A stretch of DNA of 64,000 nt, taken from the NCBI GenBank assembly GCA_033875325.1, contig JANRKA010000111.1:66790-130789 (forward strand), written 5' to 3'. The notes beneath the pieces are model-generated. The model worked only from the letters and a program-made list of their open reading frames with translations. It ran no database searches and was not told where the DNA came from. Shown in pieces: positions 41,614 to 50,085 of the stretch (its first letter is position 1; every line of letters begins with the position of its first letter). Source of the DNA: Elusimicrobiota bacterium (GTDB lineage Bacteria; Elusimicrobiota; Elusimicrobia; UBA1565; UBA9628). Made by a program: the position numbers and the translations under genes.

Positions 41614-42969
41614 ATGAAGCTCCTGGCCGCGGTCGCGGTGTGCGCCTGCCTCGCCGCGCCCGTCCGGGCGGCGGACGCGGGCCCGCTCCAAGACGTGGTG
41701 GTGCGCCCCGGAGACACGCTTTGGTCCATCGCCAACCGCTACCTGGACGACCCGTCTCGTTGGGACGAGATCCTCGCGCATAACCGCCTCCCCAGCAAGG
41801 ACCCCACCATCGCCCTGCCGGGCATGACCTTGAGGGTGCCGACGCGTCTCATCAAGGCGGCCATGCGCGCGGCGCACCTGACCTACTTCGTCAACGAGGT
41901 CCGCTGGCGGCGCAGCGAGACCGCGGGTTGGAAGGGCGTCAGCGTGGGCATGGAGCTGCGCCGCGGCGACGGCCTGCGCACGCACGCCGATTCGCGGGCG
42001 CGCGTCATGCTGCTCGACAAGGAGCTGCTGAACCTGGAGGCCGACTCCATGGCCATCATCAAGCCCGACGAGGCTTCCGACCTCGTGCTGCGCCGCGGCG
42101 GCGTCTTCGCGGGCAAGGCCCGCATCGTCACGGCTTCGGCGCGCGTGACGCCCCGCTCGGGCGACACGCGCTACTTCGCCTCCGTCGAGCCGGACCTGAC
42201 CACCCGCGTGCAGGTCATGCGCGGCACGGCGACCGTGGACGCGCAGGGCGCCAGCGTGGAGGTCCCGGCGGGCATGGAGACGGCCGTGCCGCCCGGGATG
42301 AAGCCGGGCCCGCTGCGGCCGGTGCGCGACCTCCCGCTGCTGGAGGCGCGCGCGCAGGAGCACCTCTCGGCGCTCAAGGCCGGGGGCGGCATCGCCGCCG
42401 ACCCGCGCCCCGAGCCGCCGGCGCCGGAGCCCGAAGGCGACGTGGAGTCCGTGCGCGGCGACATCCAGGTGCTCAAGATCGGTCAGCCCATCAAGGCCTA
42501 CCACGTCCAGGCGTCGGCCACCGTGGACTTCCGCAAGCCGCTGTTTGACCGCTTCTACGACGAAGGCGAGCGTTTCGTCCCCTCCGACACCGGCCTGGCG
42601 CCCGGCAACTACTGGTGGCGCGTCGCGGCCGTCGACCTGCTCGGCGTCGAGGGGGCTTTCAAGCCCGCTCATTACTACAGCCTCGGCCTCAAGCAGGCGG
42701 ACCCCGACGAGGAGCGCATGGCCTCCGCGCTGAGCATCCTGACCCCGGAGAACAACGACCAGATCGGCGGCGAGGTCGCCCGGGCGTCGGGCATCCTGCG
42801 CGACCAACGACTGACTTTGCACATCAACGGCGTGCCGGTGAAGGTCAACGAGGACGGCACCTTCGCCATCACCGTGCGCGTGCGCTACGGCCGCACGGCC
42901 ATCGTCTTCAGCCTGACCGACCCGAAGGGCAACCAGGCCCACGTCTCGCGCTACGTCATGAAGCTGTAG
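41614..42969 (+). CDS. Secreted LysM-domain / FecR-domain protein
   Basis: The signal peptide is MKLLAAVAVCACLAAPVRA. LysM is VVRPGDTLWSIANRYLDDPSRWDEILAHNRL. The central FecR-like region is GDGLRTHADSRARVML. Confidence 0.8.
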   Translation: MKLLAAVAVCACLAAPVRAADAGPLQDVVVRPGDTLWSIANRYLDDPSRWDEILAHNRLPSKDPTIALPGMTLRVPTRLIKAAMRAAHLTYFVNEVRWRRSETAGWKGVSVGMELRRGDGLRTHADSRARVMLLDKELLNLEADSMAIIKPDEASDLVLRRGGVFAGKARIVTASARVTPRSGDTRYFASVEPDLTTRVQVMRGTATVDAQGASVEVPAGMETAVPPGMKPGPLRPVRDLPLLEARAQEHLSALKAGGGIAADPRPEPPAPEPEGDVESVRGDIQVLKIGQPIKAYHVQASATVDFRKPLFDRFYDEGERFVPSDTGLAPGNYWWRVAAVDLLGVEGAFKPAHYYSLGLKQADPDEERMASALSILTPENNDQIGGEVARASGILRDQRLTLHINGVPVKVNEDGTFAITVRVRYGRTAIVFSLTDPKGNQAHVSRYVMKL

Positions 42970-42990
42970 CGGGTCGTCGCGGCCGCCGCT

Positions 42991-43884
42991 TCAGGACGGG
43001 CGCGTGCCCGGCGGCCGTCCGAGGTGAGCGAACAGCGCCGCCGACGCGGCCTTGAGCTTGGTCTCGTCCACGCCGGTATCGGCGCCGGCGGCCTTGAACG
43101 CGGAGAGCAGGGACTCGGTGGACGCGTTGCCGGCCGCGCGCGGGGCCCACGGGCAGCCGCCCGCGCCGCCCGCGGAGGCCTCGAAGCGCGAGACGCCGAA
43201 GGTCTTCCAGGCGACGAGGGCGTTGGCCACCGCCCGGCCGAAGGTGTTGTGGAAGTGCAGCGACACCGACGCCGGCGCCACGGCCTTGAGCAGGACGCCG
43301 AGAAGGCGGCGCACCTCGTCCGGCGAGGCCTTGCCCAAGGTGTCGCCGATGGACCATTCGGTGGCGCCCAGGTCCTCGAGCCGGCGCGCGAGGTCGGCGA
43401 CCTTGGCGGGGGTGATGAGCCCCTCGTAGGGGCACCAGAAGGCGTAGGACACCACGGCGCGCGCGGGGAGGCGAGCGGCGCGCGCGCGCGCGAGCACGGG
43501 CTTGAGACGGGCGAGGGTCTCGGCCACGCTCGCCCGGCCGATCTTCTGCGCGTGCGTCTCCGACGCGTCCACCGCGACGAGGATCTTCGTCGCTTTGAGC
43601 GCCAGCGCCAGCTCGAGCCCGGGCTCCCCGGCCACCAGCGCCGCGTAGCTCACGCCGGGCTTGCGCGTGATGCGGGCGAACACTTGCTGCGAGTCCGCCA
43701 GCGCGGGGGAGGCCTTCGGGTCGAGGAACGCGGCGGCCTCGATGTCGGCGAGGCCCGCGTCCGACAGGGCATCGATGAACGCGACCTTGGCGTCGAGAGG
43801 GACGACGCGTTTCTCGTTGTGCAGCCCGTCGCGCGGCCCGACCTCGATGAGGCGTGGGCGCGGGCGGGGCGCGGGAGCGTTCAA
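42991..43884 (-). CDS. HMG-CoA-lyase-like (HMGL/DRE-TIM family) enzyme
   Basis: The start is taken at TTG 43884, which overlaps the upstream TGA (TTGA). No ATG or GTG is available before the conserved IEVGPRDGLHNE. The metal motif is SLHFHNTFG. Confidence 0.75.
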   Translation of the reverse strand: MNAPAPRPRPRLIEVGPRDGLHNEKRVVPLDAKVAFIDALSDAGLADIEAAAFLDPKASPALADSQQVFARITRKPGVSYAALVAGEPGLELALALKATKILVAVDASETHAQKIGRASVAETLARLKPVLARARAARLPARAVVSYAFWCPYEGLITPAKVADLARRLEDLGATEWSIGDTLGKASPDEVRRLLGVLLKAVAPASVSLHFHNTFGRAVANALVAWKTFGVSRFEASAGGAGGCPWAPRAAGNASTESLLSAFKAAGADTGVDETKLKAASAALFAHLGRPPGTRPS

Positions 43885-45209
43885 ACCGTCGCCTCCGGGA
43901 CCAATTCGATGCGGCGCCAGGCGCCGCTCCTGAAGCGCAGGTACAAGATGACGGCCAGCAGGCCGAGGTAGGCGAGCAGGAAGGCCATGGCGTGGCGCTC
44001 GTCGCCGCCCCAGCGCCGCACCGCCAGCCAGCTGCCCGGCAGGAAGAAACCCCAGGCGAGCGCGCAGCGCGTCCACATCGGGAAGGAAGTGTCGCCCGCG
44101 GCGCGCAGGCATTCGGTGAAGGTGATGCCGCCGGCGTCGAAGGCCTGCCACAGGGCCGACATCATCAGCATGGTCACGCCCACGCGCAGGAAGGTGCCGT
44201 CGCCGTCCGGGGAGGCGAAGGGCGCCAGCAGCAGGGCTGGGAAGGCGAGGTAGACCAGGCCGGCCAAGCACATCCAGCCCGCCGCCGTGAGGAAGGTCAG
44301 GCGGACCAAGGCGGGCACCTCGTCGCGGCGGCCCGCGCCGATGGCCTGCCCCACGAGGATCGAGCCCGCGTTGGCCAGCCCGAAGGCCGGCATGAACGCG
44401 ACCGAGTTGATCTGGATGACGGCCATCATCGCGCCGAGCGCGGCCGTGCCGAGGCTGGCCACGACCACGTTGACGAAGGCGATGAAGGCGTAGAACTCGA
44501 AGGACCAGTTCAGGCCCAGCGGGAACCCGAAACGCAGCATGCGGCGGAACTCGTCGAGACGCAGCGGAGTGGACGCCACGGTCCGGCCCTCGAGCAGGAA
44601 GGCCGCGAGCAGCACGAGGAAGGCGCCCAGCGAGGCGGCCACGCTGGCCAGCGCGGCGCCGCGCACGCCCAGGGCCGGGAAGCCCAGGTTGCCGTCGATG
44701 AGCAGCCAGTTGAACAGGACGTTGAGCCCCATGGCGGCGAGGTTGGCGCGCATGGCCATGCGGGTGTCGCCCAGGCCGCCGAAGTAGTTGCCCAAGGCCT
44801 CGATGCCCACCGCGAAGCCCGTCGAGAGGAGGCGCAGCGAGAGGTAGGCGGTCATCGCGGACTCGACGGCCGGCGCGTAGTGGAGCAAGCCGAGCGCGCG
44901 CGGCAGCAGCGGCAGGCCCGCGAGCATGACGGCCTGCGCGAGCGCGGCGACGCCCAGTCCGTACCAGCCGTAGCGCCGCGCGCCCGGGTGGTCGCCGCGC
45001 CCGTGCAGCTGGGAGCTGAAGCTCGAGACGATGAAGACCACGCCCATCGGCAGGATGAAGGCCGCCACCGCGTTGAGCGAGCCCGCGGTGGTCGCGGCCA
45101 TCGCGGCCTCGCCCAGATGGGCGACCATGAGCGCGTCGGCCAGGCCGACGACGACCTGGGTCGAGCGCGACACGATGACGGGCCAGGCCAGGGAGAGCAG
45201 CGCTTTCAT
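43881..45209 (-). CDS. MATE-family efflux transporter
   Basis: Full tracked ORF. The N-terminus LLSLAWPVIVSRSTQVVVGLADALMVAHLG is typical of MATE. It has 12 hydrophobic segments. Confidence 0.9.
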   Translation of the reverse strand: MKALLSLAWPVIVSRSTQVVVGLADALMVAHLGEAAMAATTAGSLNAVAAFILPMGVVFIVSSFSSQLHGRGDHPGARRYGWYGLGVAALAQAVMLAGLPLLPRALGLLHYAPAVESAMTAYLSLRLLSTGFAVGIEALGNYFGGLGDTRMAMRANLAAMGLNVLFNWLLIDGNLGFPALGVRGAALASVAASLGAFLVLLAAFLLEGRTVASTPLRLDEFRRMLRFGFPLGLNWSFEFYAFIAFVNVVVASLGTAALGAMMAVIQINSVAFMPAFGLANAGSILVGQAIGAGRRDEVPALVRLTFLTAAGWMCLAGLVYLAFPALLLAPFASPDGDGTFLRVGVTMLMMSALWQAFDAGGITFTECLRAAGDTSFPMWTRCALAWGFFLPGSWLAVRRWGGDERHAMAFLLAYLGLLAVILYLRFRSGAWRRIELVPEATV

Positions 45210-45218
45210 CGGGGGCGC

Positions 45219-46325
45219 TTAGTTGAACAGCCGCCCGAACAGCGGCATGACGATCTCGAAGGCGATGAGGATGACGACGATCCACTCGATGAACTCGAGG
45301 CGCGCGGTGGAGAGCACGTGCTCCATCTTCTCGTAGATGCTCTCCAGGGTGCGCAGCTTGCGCTGGATGCTCGCGTCCCAGGCGCCCAGGTGGTAGCGGC
45401 GCGCGGCCTGCTGGTAGAGGCGCGCCAGGTACTGGTCGCCCAGCAGCTTGATGGCGTTGTTGATGCCCTCGAAGAGCACGGCGCTCTCGACCTGCAGCTC
45501 GCCCAGCTCGCGCAGCTCCTGGTCGGCCTTGGTGAAGATGCTGAAGCGGCCGAGGTTGGAGAGCGAGTGGTAGTGGCGCTCGAGCGAGGCGTCGAGCTGG
45601 GCGTCGAGGTGGCGCAGCTCGAGCAGCTGCACCGTGGCGAACTCCAGAACGGCGCGGGTGTCGTCGGCGCTTTTGGCGAAGACGATGGCCGACACCCAGT
45701 CCACGAGGGTGAGGTCGTCGGCGCCGTAGGAGACCTGGCAGGACAACGCGTCCTGGACCTCCTGCTCCGAGCTCAGGTCCGCGTCGGCGCGCAGCACCTG
45801 GGCGAGCAGGGCGCCCTCCTCCGCGACGAGGCGCGAGCGCGCGCCCGGCTCGGAGAACTCCTTCACCTGGAAGATGACGTAGTCCTCGTAGGCGGCGGCG
45901 ATGGCGGGGCTCTTGACCGCGGGCGCGATGCCTTTGAGCAGCTCCTCGACCAAGCGGCGCGAGTCGGCGAGCAAGGTCTCGTTGTCGTAGAGCTGCTCGG
46001 AGAGGGGCGCGAGGGCCGAGAAAGGGCCCGCCAGCGGGATCTGATAGCAGACGGTCACGGCGCCGAAGTCGTAGACCACGAGCTCCACGTTGGGCGCGGT
46101 GCGCCAGCTCCCGATGGCCAGCGGCGCGGACGACTGGGTCACGCGCAGCGGGTAGGGCTGGAACTCGAAGTACTTCGGCGCGCGGCTCTGGTGGCGGATG
46201 GGCGCGCGTTCGGTCAGCGCGGTGAGGTGTTTTCCCGCGACGTCGAGGCCGATGGCCAGCCCCACGTCGTAGACGAGGTAGACGTGGGCGACGCCGTCCT
46301 TGATGACCGGGTCGAAGCGGCTCAT
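45219..46325 (-). CDS. Hypothetical protein with a C-terminal TM anchor (RMD1/DUF155-like by overall shape; uncertain)
   Basis: Internal ATG 46325 (MSRFDPVIKDG) overlaps the upstream TGA by 4 nt. Composition is normal. The terminal helix is EWIVVILIAFEIVMPLF. Confidence 0.7.
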   Translation of the reverse strand: MSRFDPVIKDGVAHVYLVYDVGLAIGLDVAGKHLTALTERAPIRHQSRAPKYFEFQPYPLRVTQSSAPLAIGSWRTAPNVELVVYDFGAVTVCYQIPLAGPFSALAPLSEQLYDNETLLADSRRLVEELLKGIAPAVKSPAIAAAYEDYVIFQVKEFSEPGARSRLVAEEGALLAQVLRADADLSSEQEVQDALSCQVSYGADDLTLVDWVSAIVFAKSADDTRAVLEFATVQLLELRHLDAQLDASLERHYHSLSNLGRFSIFTKADQELRELGELQVESAVLFEGINNAIKLLGDQYLARLYQQAARRYHLGAWDASIQRKLRTLESIYEKMEHVLSTARLEFIEWIVVILIAFEIVMPLFGRLFN

Positions 46326-47266
46326 GCCCGCTCCGGCCGCAACGGGAAGTCCACGGGCACCGGCGCCTCGAAACGCAGGGGGCGGCCGTCCTCGGGGTGC
46401 TGGAAAGAGAGGCGCCAGGCGTGCAGGAGCTGGCGCTCGGCGCCGAGCGCGGCCAGGTCGGCGGGCTCGAGGCGTTTGTCCACCGCCTTGAGATAGACCT
46501 CGCCGTTGCCGTGGTAGAGCTTGTCGCCCGCGATGGGGTGACCGATGGAGGCCAGGTGCGCGCGTATCTGGTGCAGGCGGCCCGTGCGCGGCTTGGCCGA
46601 GAGCAAGGTGAACCGCCCGTCGCCCGCCAAGCGCCGGAAATCGGTGACGGCGTCGTCTCCGCCCGCGACGCCGACGGCGCGGCGGACCTTGATGACGCCG
46701 CCCTCGTCGCCGATGGGCGCGTCCACGGTCTTCTCCGCCCAGTCCACGGCGCCGAGCACGACGGCGAGGTATTCCTTCTTCACGGCGTGCGCGAGGAACT
46801 GGCCGTGGATGTCGCGCGCGGCGGCGGCGTCGAGCGCGAGCAGGAGCACCCCGCTGGTCTCGCGGTCGAGGCGGTGGGCGAGATGGACGGGCCGCCCGAG
46901 CTGCCGGGAGAGCAGGTAGGTCACCGTGTTGTGGTGCACCTTGTCGGTGGGGTGGCTGAGCGTGCCGCCGGGCTTGTTGATGACCACGAGGCGCTCGTCC
47001 TGATACAGGATGGGCATGGTCTCGTGGGGGACCGGGGGCTCGACGGTCCGGGGGTAACGGATGAGGACGGTCTCGCCGTCGGCGACGCGCGCGGAGGGTT
47101 TGGCGGGGCGGCCGCGCAGGTACACGCGGCCCTCGCCGATGACGGCCTGGACCTGGGCGCGGGAGTACTTGTGCAGGCGCGCGGCGAGGAAGGCGTCCAG
47201 GCGCATGCCCGCCTGCTCCTTGAGGGGTTTGAACGGGACTTCGACCCAGGTCTGCGTCGTGCTCAC
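46322..47266 (-). CDS. RluA-family pseudouridine synthase (RluD-like, with S4 domain)
   Basis: Motifs: HRLDRETSGVLLLA, GRLHQIRAHL. The start is set at GTG 47266 because an extended -10 (TGGTATACT, 47281-47273) lies inside the longer tracked ORF, 6 nt upstream. The tracked start at 47299 remains possible. Confidence 0.85.
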   Translation of the reverse strand: MSTTQTWVEVPFKPLKEQAGMRLDAFLAARLHKYSRAQVQAVIGEGRVYLRGRPAKPSARVADGETVLIRYPRTVEPPVPHETMPILYQDERLVVINKPGGTLSHPTDKVHHNTVTYLLSRQLGRPVHLAHRLDRETSGVLLLALDAAAARDIHGQFLAHAVKKEYLAVVLGAVDWAEKTVDAPIGDEGGVIKVRRAVGVAGGDDAVTDFRRLAGDGRFTLLSAKPRTGRLHQIRAHLASIGHPIAGDKLYHGNGEVYLKAVDKRLEPADLAALGAERQLLHAWRLSFQHPEDGRPLRFEAPVPVDFPLRPERA

Positions 47267-47272
47267 CACCCC

Positions 47273-47281
47273 AGTATACCA
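47273..47281 (-). promoter_or_regulatory. Extended -10 promoter TGGTATACT, 6 nt upstream of GTG 47266
   Basis: The minus strand reads TGG-TATACT-GGGGTG-GTG. Confidence 0.5.
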
Positions 47282-47376
47282 GGGTCCCTCCCGAGCCACA
47301 AGCCGTTAAAAAATCATGCAAATTAAAAGATAATCCCATGGCTCGCATCGGAGGTCGTCCCGTCGAGGCCGGGGCG

Positions 47377-47385
47377 TGATATACT
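47377..47385 (+). promoter_or_regulatory. Extended -10 promoter TGATATACT for rimO
   Basis: The plus strand reads TGA-TATACT, then a 23-nt leader containing AAGGGAAG, before ATG 47409. Confidence 0.5.
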
Positions 47386-47408
47386 TAAGGGAAGCCGTTC
47401 CCGCCTCG

Positions 47409-48719
47409 ATGCGCACCAAAACCCTCAAGAAGAAGAAGGTCCACGTCGTGACCTTGGGCTGTTCCAAGAACCTCTACGATTCCGAGGTCCTCATGGGCCA
47501 GCTCAAGGCCAACGGCGTGGCCGTGGAGCACGACCAGGACGACAGCGACGCCGCGGTCGTGGTCATCAACACCTGCGGGTTCGTGGACAACGCCAAGCAG
47601 GAGTCCATCGACACCATCCTGCGCTACGCCGACGCCAAGAAGCAGGGGCTCGTCGAGAAGGTCCTCGTCACCGGCTGCCTGTCCGAGCGCTACAAGGACG
47701 ACCTCATCAAGGAGATCCCCGAGGCCGACGGCTATTTCGGCACGCGCGACCTGCCGCGCCTGCTCAAGGCGCTGGGCGCCGATTACAAACACGAGCTGGT
47801 GGGCGAGCGCCTCATCTCCACGCCGCGCCACTACGCCTACTTCAAGATCTCCGAAGGCTGCGACCGGCCGTGTTCGTTCTGCGCCATCCCGCTGATGCGC
47901 GGCAAACATATCTCCCGCCCCATCGAGGAGCTGGTGGCCGAGGCCAAACACCTCGCCGGCGCGGGCACGCGCGAGCTGCTGCTCATCGCGCAGGATTCCA
48001 CCTACTACGGCCTCGACCTCTACGGCAAGCGCCGGCTCGCCGACCTGCTCAAGGCCCTCTCCGACGTCGAGGGCATCGGCTGGATACGCCTCCATTACGC
48101 CTTCCCGACCGGTTTCCCGCTGGAAGTCCTCGACGTGATGGCCGAACGCCCGAACGTCGCCAAATACCTCGACATGCCCCTGCAGCACGTCAGCGATCGC
48201 ATGCTCGCCTCCATGCGTCGCGGCACGACCAAGGCCAAGACCGAGGAGCTCGTCGCGGCCATCCGCGAGAAGGTCCCCGGCATCGCGCTGCGCACCACCC
48301 TCATCGCGGGTTACCCCGGCGAGACCAAGAAAGACCACGAGGAGATGCTGGCGTGGGTCGAGAAGACCCGCTTCGACCGCCTCGGCGTCTTCCCGTATTC
48401 CCACGAGGAAGGCACCCACGCCTTTACTTTGAAAGACGATGTCTCCGCCAAAGAGAAGAAGCGCCGCGCGGAAGCCGTCATGGCCGTGCAGCAGCCCATC
48501 TCCTTGGCCATCAACAAGGCCAAGATCGGCAAGACCCTCAAAGTCCTCGTGGACTACAAGGAAGGCCCGACCTTCTTCGGCCGCACCGAGGCCGACAGCC
48601 CCGAGGTGGACAACGAGGTCCGCATCGATGCCCGCGAGCACTACCTGCGCATCGGCGACTTCGTCCAGACGAAGATCGTCGGCGCCGAGGAATATGACCT
48701 CGTCGGCGAGCCGGCTTAG
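47409..48719 (+). CDS. rimO: Ribosomal protein S12 methylthiotransferase RimO
   Basis: The start is taken at ATG 47409 (MRTKTLKKKKVHVVTLGCSKN), because tracked GTG 47376 lies upstream of the -10 box. The radical SAM motif is EGCDRPCSFCAIP. A C-terminal TRAM-like domain is present. Confidence 0.9.
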   Translation: MRTKTLKKKKVHVVTLGCSKNLYDSEVLMGQLKANGVAVEHDQDDSDAAVVVINTCGFVDNAKQESIDTILRYADAKKQGLVEKVLVTGCLSERYKDDLIKEIPEADGYFGTRDLPRLLKALGADYKHELVGERLISTPRHYAYFKISEGCDRPCSFCAIPLMRGKHISRPIEELVAEAKHLAGAGTRELLLIAQDSTYYGLDLYGKRRLADLLKALSDVEGIGWIRLHYAFPTGFPLEVLDVMAERPNVAKYLDMPLQHVSDRMLASMRRGTTKAKTEELVAAIREKVPGIALRTTLIAGYPGETKKDHEEMLAWVEKTRFDRLGVFPYSHEEGTHAFTLKDDVSAKEKKRRAEAVMAVQQPISLAINKAKIGKTLKVLVDYKEGPTFFGRTEADSPEVDNEVRIDAREHYLRIGDFVQTKIVGAEEYDLVGEPA

Positions 48720-49389
48720 CCTCCTCCTGTTGTGCGTCGCGGCGCCCGCCGCGGCCATGCGTACCCCGCCGTCATTCGACCTGCCCCGCCGCGACCTCGG
48801 CGAGCTGCTGCGCGAGCTGGGCGCCGAGCCGATGCCCGAGGTCGTGCCCATGCCCGTGGGCTTCGGCGAGACCGAACACGCCGCGTACCGCCTCATGGCC
48901 GAGGGCCTCGAGGCCTCGGGCATGGACTTCCCCGACGTCTTCCGCGCCGCCTGCGCGTTGGCCGTCAGGCGCGGCGGGAGCGCGCACGAGACCAAGGTGA
49001 TGCTCGCGGGCCTCGTGACCTGGCTCGGGGACCGCGACCGCCCCCGGAGCATCGGTCTTCAGGGCCGCGTGGACCTGGCCTTCCATTTCGTCTACGGCGC
49101 GTGGCTGGAGAGCATCGTCACGGGTTTCGGGGAACGCGCGGCGCTGGAGAAGGAGCGCCGCGACGCGTTTTCGCCGGGCAACGCCTACGACCTCGACGAC
49201 CTGGCCGCGACCATGGTCGGGGCGCGTTGGGCGGCGCGTGAGAGCGCGCGCCTGGACGAGTGGGGGGACGGCCGCAGGCGTTTGACCGCGCTGCCCGCGT
49301 TCGCCTTCGGCCGCCTCGCTCCCGGCGCGCTGCCCGATGAGCGCCGCCTCGACGCCGTGCGCGACTTCGCGAGGACGGCTTTGCCCTGA
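48694..49389 (+). CDS. Hypothetical secreted protein
   Basis: Internal ATG 48694 gives the signal-peptide-like MTSSASRLSLLLLCVAAPAAA. It overlaps the rimO end by 26 nt. No recognisable family. Confidence 0.55.
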   Translation: MTSSASRLSLLLLCVAAPAAAMRTPPSFDLPRRDLGELLRELGAEPMPEVVPMPVGFGETEHAAYRLMAEGLEASGMDFPDVFRAACALAVRRGGSAHETKVMLAGLVTWLGDRDRPRSIGLQGRVDLAFHFVYGAWLESIVTGFGERAALEKERRDAFSPGNAYDLDDLAATMVGARWAARESARLDEWGDGRRRLTALPAFAFGRLAPGALPDERRLDAVRDFARTALP

Positions 49390-49397
49390 AATGAGGC

Positions 49398-49426
49398 TTG
49401 ACAAGCGCGAGGGCGTCCGTTATAAT
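49398..49426 (+). promoter_or_regulatory. Consensus sigma70 promoter: TTGACA, 17 nt, TATAAT
   Basis: TTGACA at 49398-49403, a 17-nt spacer, and TATAAT at 49421-49426, upstream of the TetR gene. Confidence 0.7.
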
Positions 49427-49433
49427 ACCGTCA

Positions 49434-49446
49434 GTCACAATGTGAC
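49434..49446. promoter_or_regulatory. Perfect 13-bp palindrome GTCACA-A-TGTGAC, a putative TetR autoregulatory operator
   Basis: Read directly. It begins 8 nt after the -10 box and ends 8 nt before ATG 49455. Confidence 0.55.
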
Positions 49447-49454
49447 CAATAGTC

Positions 49455-50078
49455 ATGACGCCTGTCATCGATAGAAAAGAACGGGAGTTCGAGCGGCGCG
49501 AGGGGGAGATTCTCGCGGCCGCGCTTTCCTTGTTCAACCGGGACGATTGGCAGTCGGTGACCATCGACCAGATCGCCGCCAAGGCCGAGATCGGCAAAGG
49601 CACGGTCTACAAACACTTCGAGAGCAAGGACCAGATCTACGCGAAGCTCGTCCTGGAATTCCATCGCGGCATCATCACCGAGATCGCGAACATAGACCGG
49701 ACCCGTCCGCCTCTCGAGGTGTTGGGCGCCACCCTCGACGCGTTCTGGCGCGGCCACAACTCCAAGTCCGAGTACAAGCGCTTGGTGCGCTACTGCCGGC
49801 GCGAGGACTTCCACAGCATCATCGGCCCCGAATTGAGCAAGGAGCTCGAGCAGCTCGACGAGCAGATCATGGGGCTTCTGGTGCCCGTCTTCGAGCGCGG
49901 CATCCGGGAAGGCGTCATCCTCGACAAGCCGGTTCCCGCCCTCATCCTCGGGGTGCACGCCGCGATGGTCGGGCTCATGGAGATGGAAGGCGTCGAGTGC
50001 ATGGAGACGGGCATGACGCAAGAAGAGCAGTACCAAGAGGTCAAGGCGTTCGCGCTGCGGGGCATCTCGCGGGGTTAG
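49455..50078 (+). CDS. TetR/AcrR-family transcriptional regulator
   Basis: The N-terminal HTH is VTIDQIAAKAEIGKGTVYKHFESKDQIY. It is followed by efflux genes. Confidence 0.9.
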   Translation: MTPVIDRKEREFERREGEILAAALSLFNRDDWQSVTIDQIAAKAEIGKGTVYKHFESKDQIYAKLVLEFHRGIITEIANIDRTRPPLEVLGATLDAFWRGHNSKSEYKRLVRYCRREDFHSIIGPELSKELEQLDEQIMGLLVPVFERGIREGVILDKPVPALILGVHAAMVGLMEMEGVECMETGMTQEEQYQEVKAFALRGISRG

Positions 50079-50085
50079 GAGGAGT

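Noticed and set aside
43840-43884. HMG-CoA-lyase-like protein reads DGLHNE where I remember DGLQNE, and it needs a TTG start
   Set aside because: A single conservative-looking substitution recalled from memory is not enough for a functional claim. The TTG start fits the overlap-coupling pattern seen throughout the window.
43854-46496. An 880-aa plus-strand ORF and other long ORFs antisense to the MATE and DUF155-like genes
   Set aside because: It is Glu/Arg/Gly/His-rich and low-complexity, and it is antisense to a clear MATE transporter frame.
47267-47299. The tracked GTG 47299 start of the RluA-like gene
   Set aside because: It is not excluded, but an extended -10 box lies inside this extension, 6 nt upstream of GTG 47266. 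That matches the leaderless pattern seen at a dozen other genes, so the shorter gene model is preferred.
47316-47333. Mini-ORF ATG CAA ATT AAA AGA TAA (MQIKR) in the AT-rich divergent promoter region
   Set aside because: It has five codons, no Shine-Dalgarno sequence and no promoter upstream of it. It is most simply a by-product of the AT-rich regulatory sequence.
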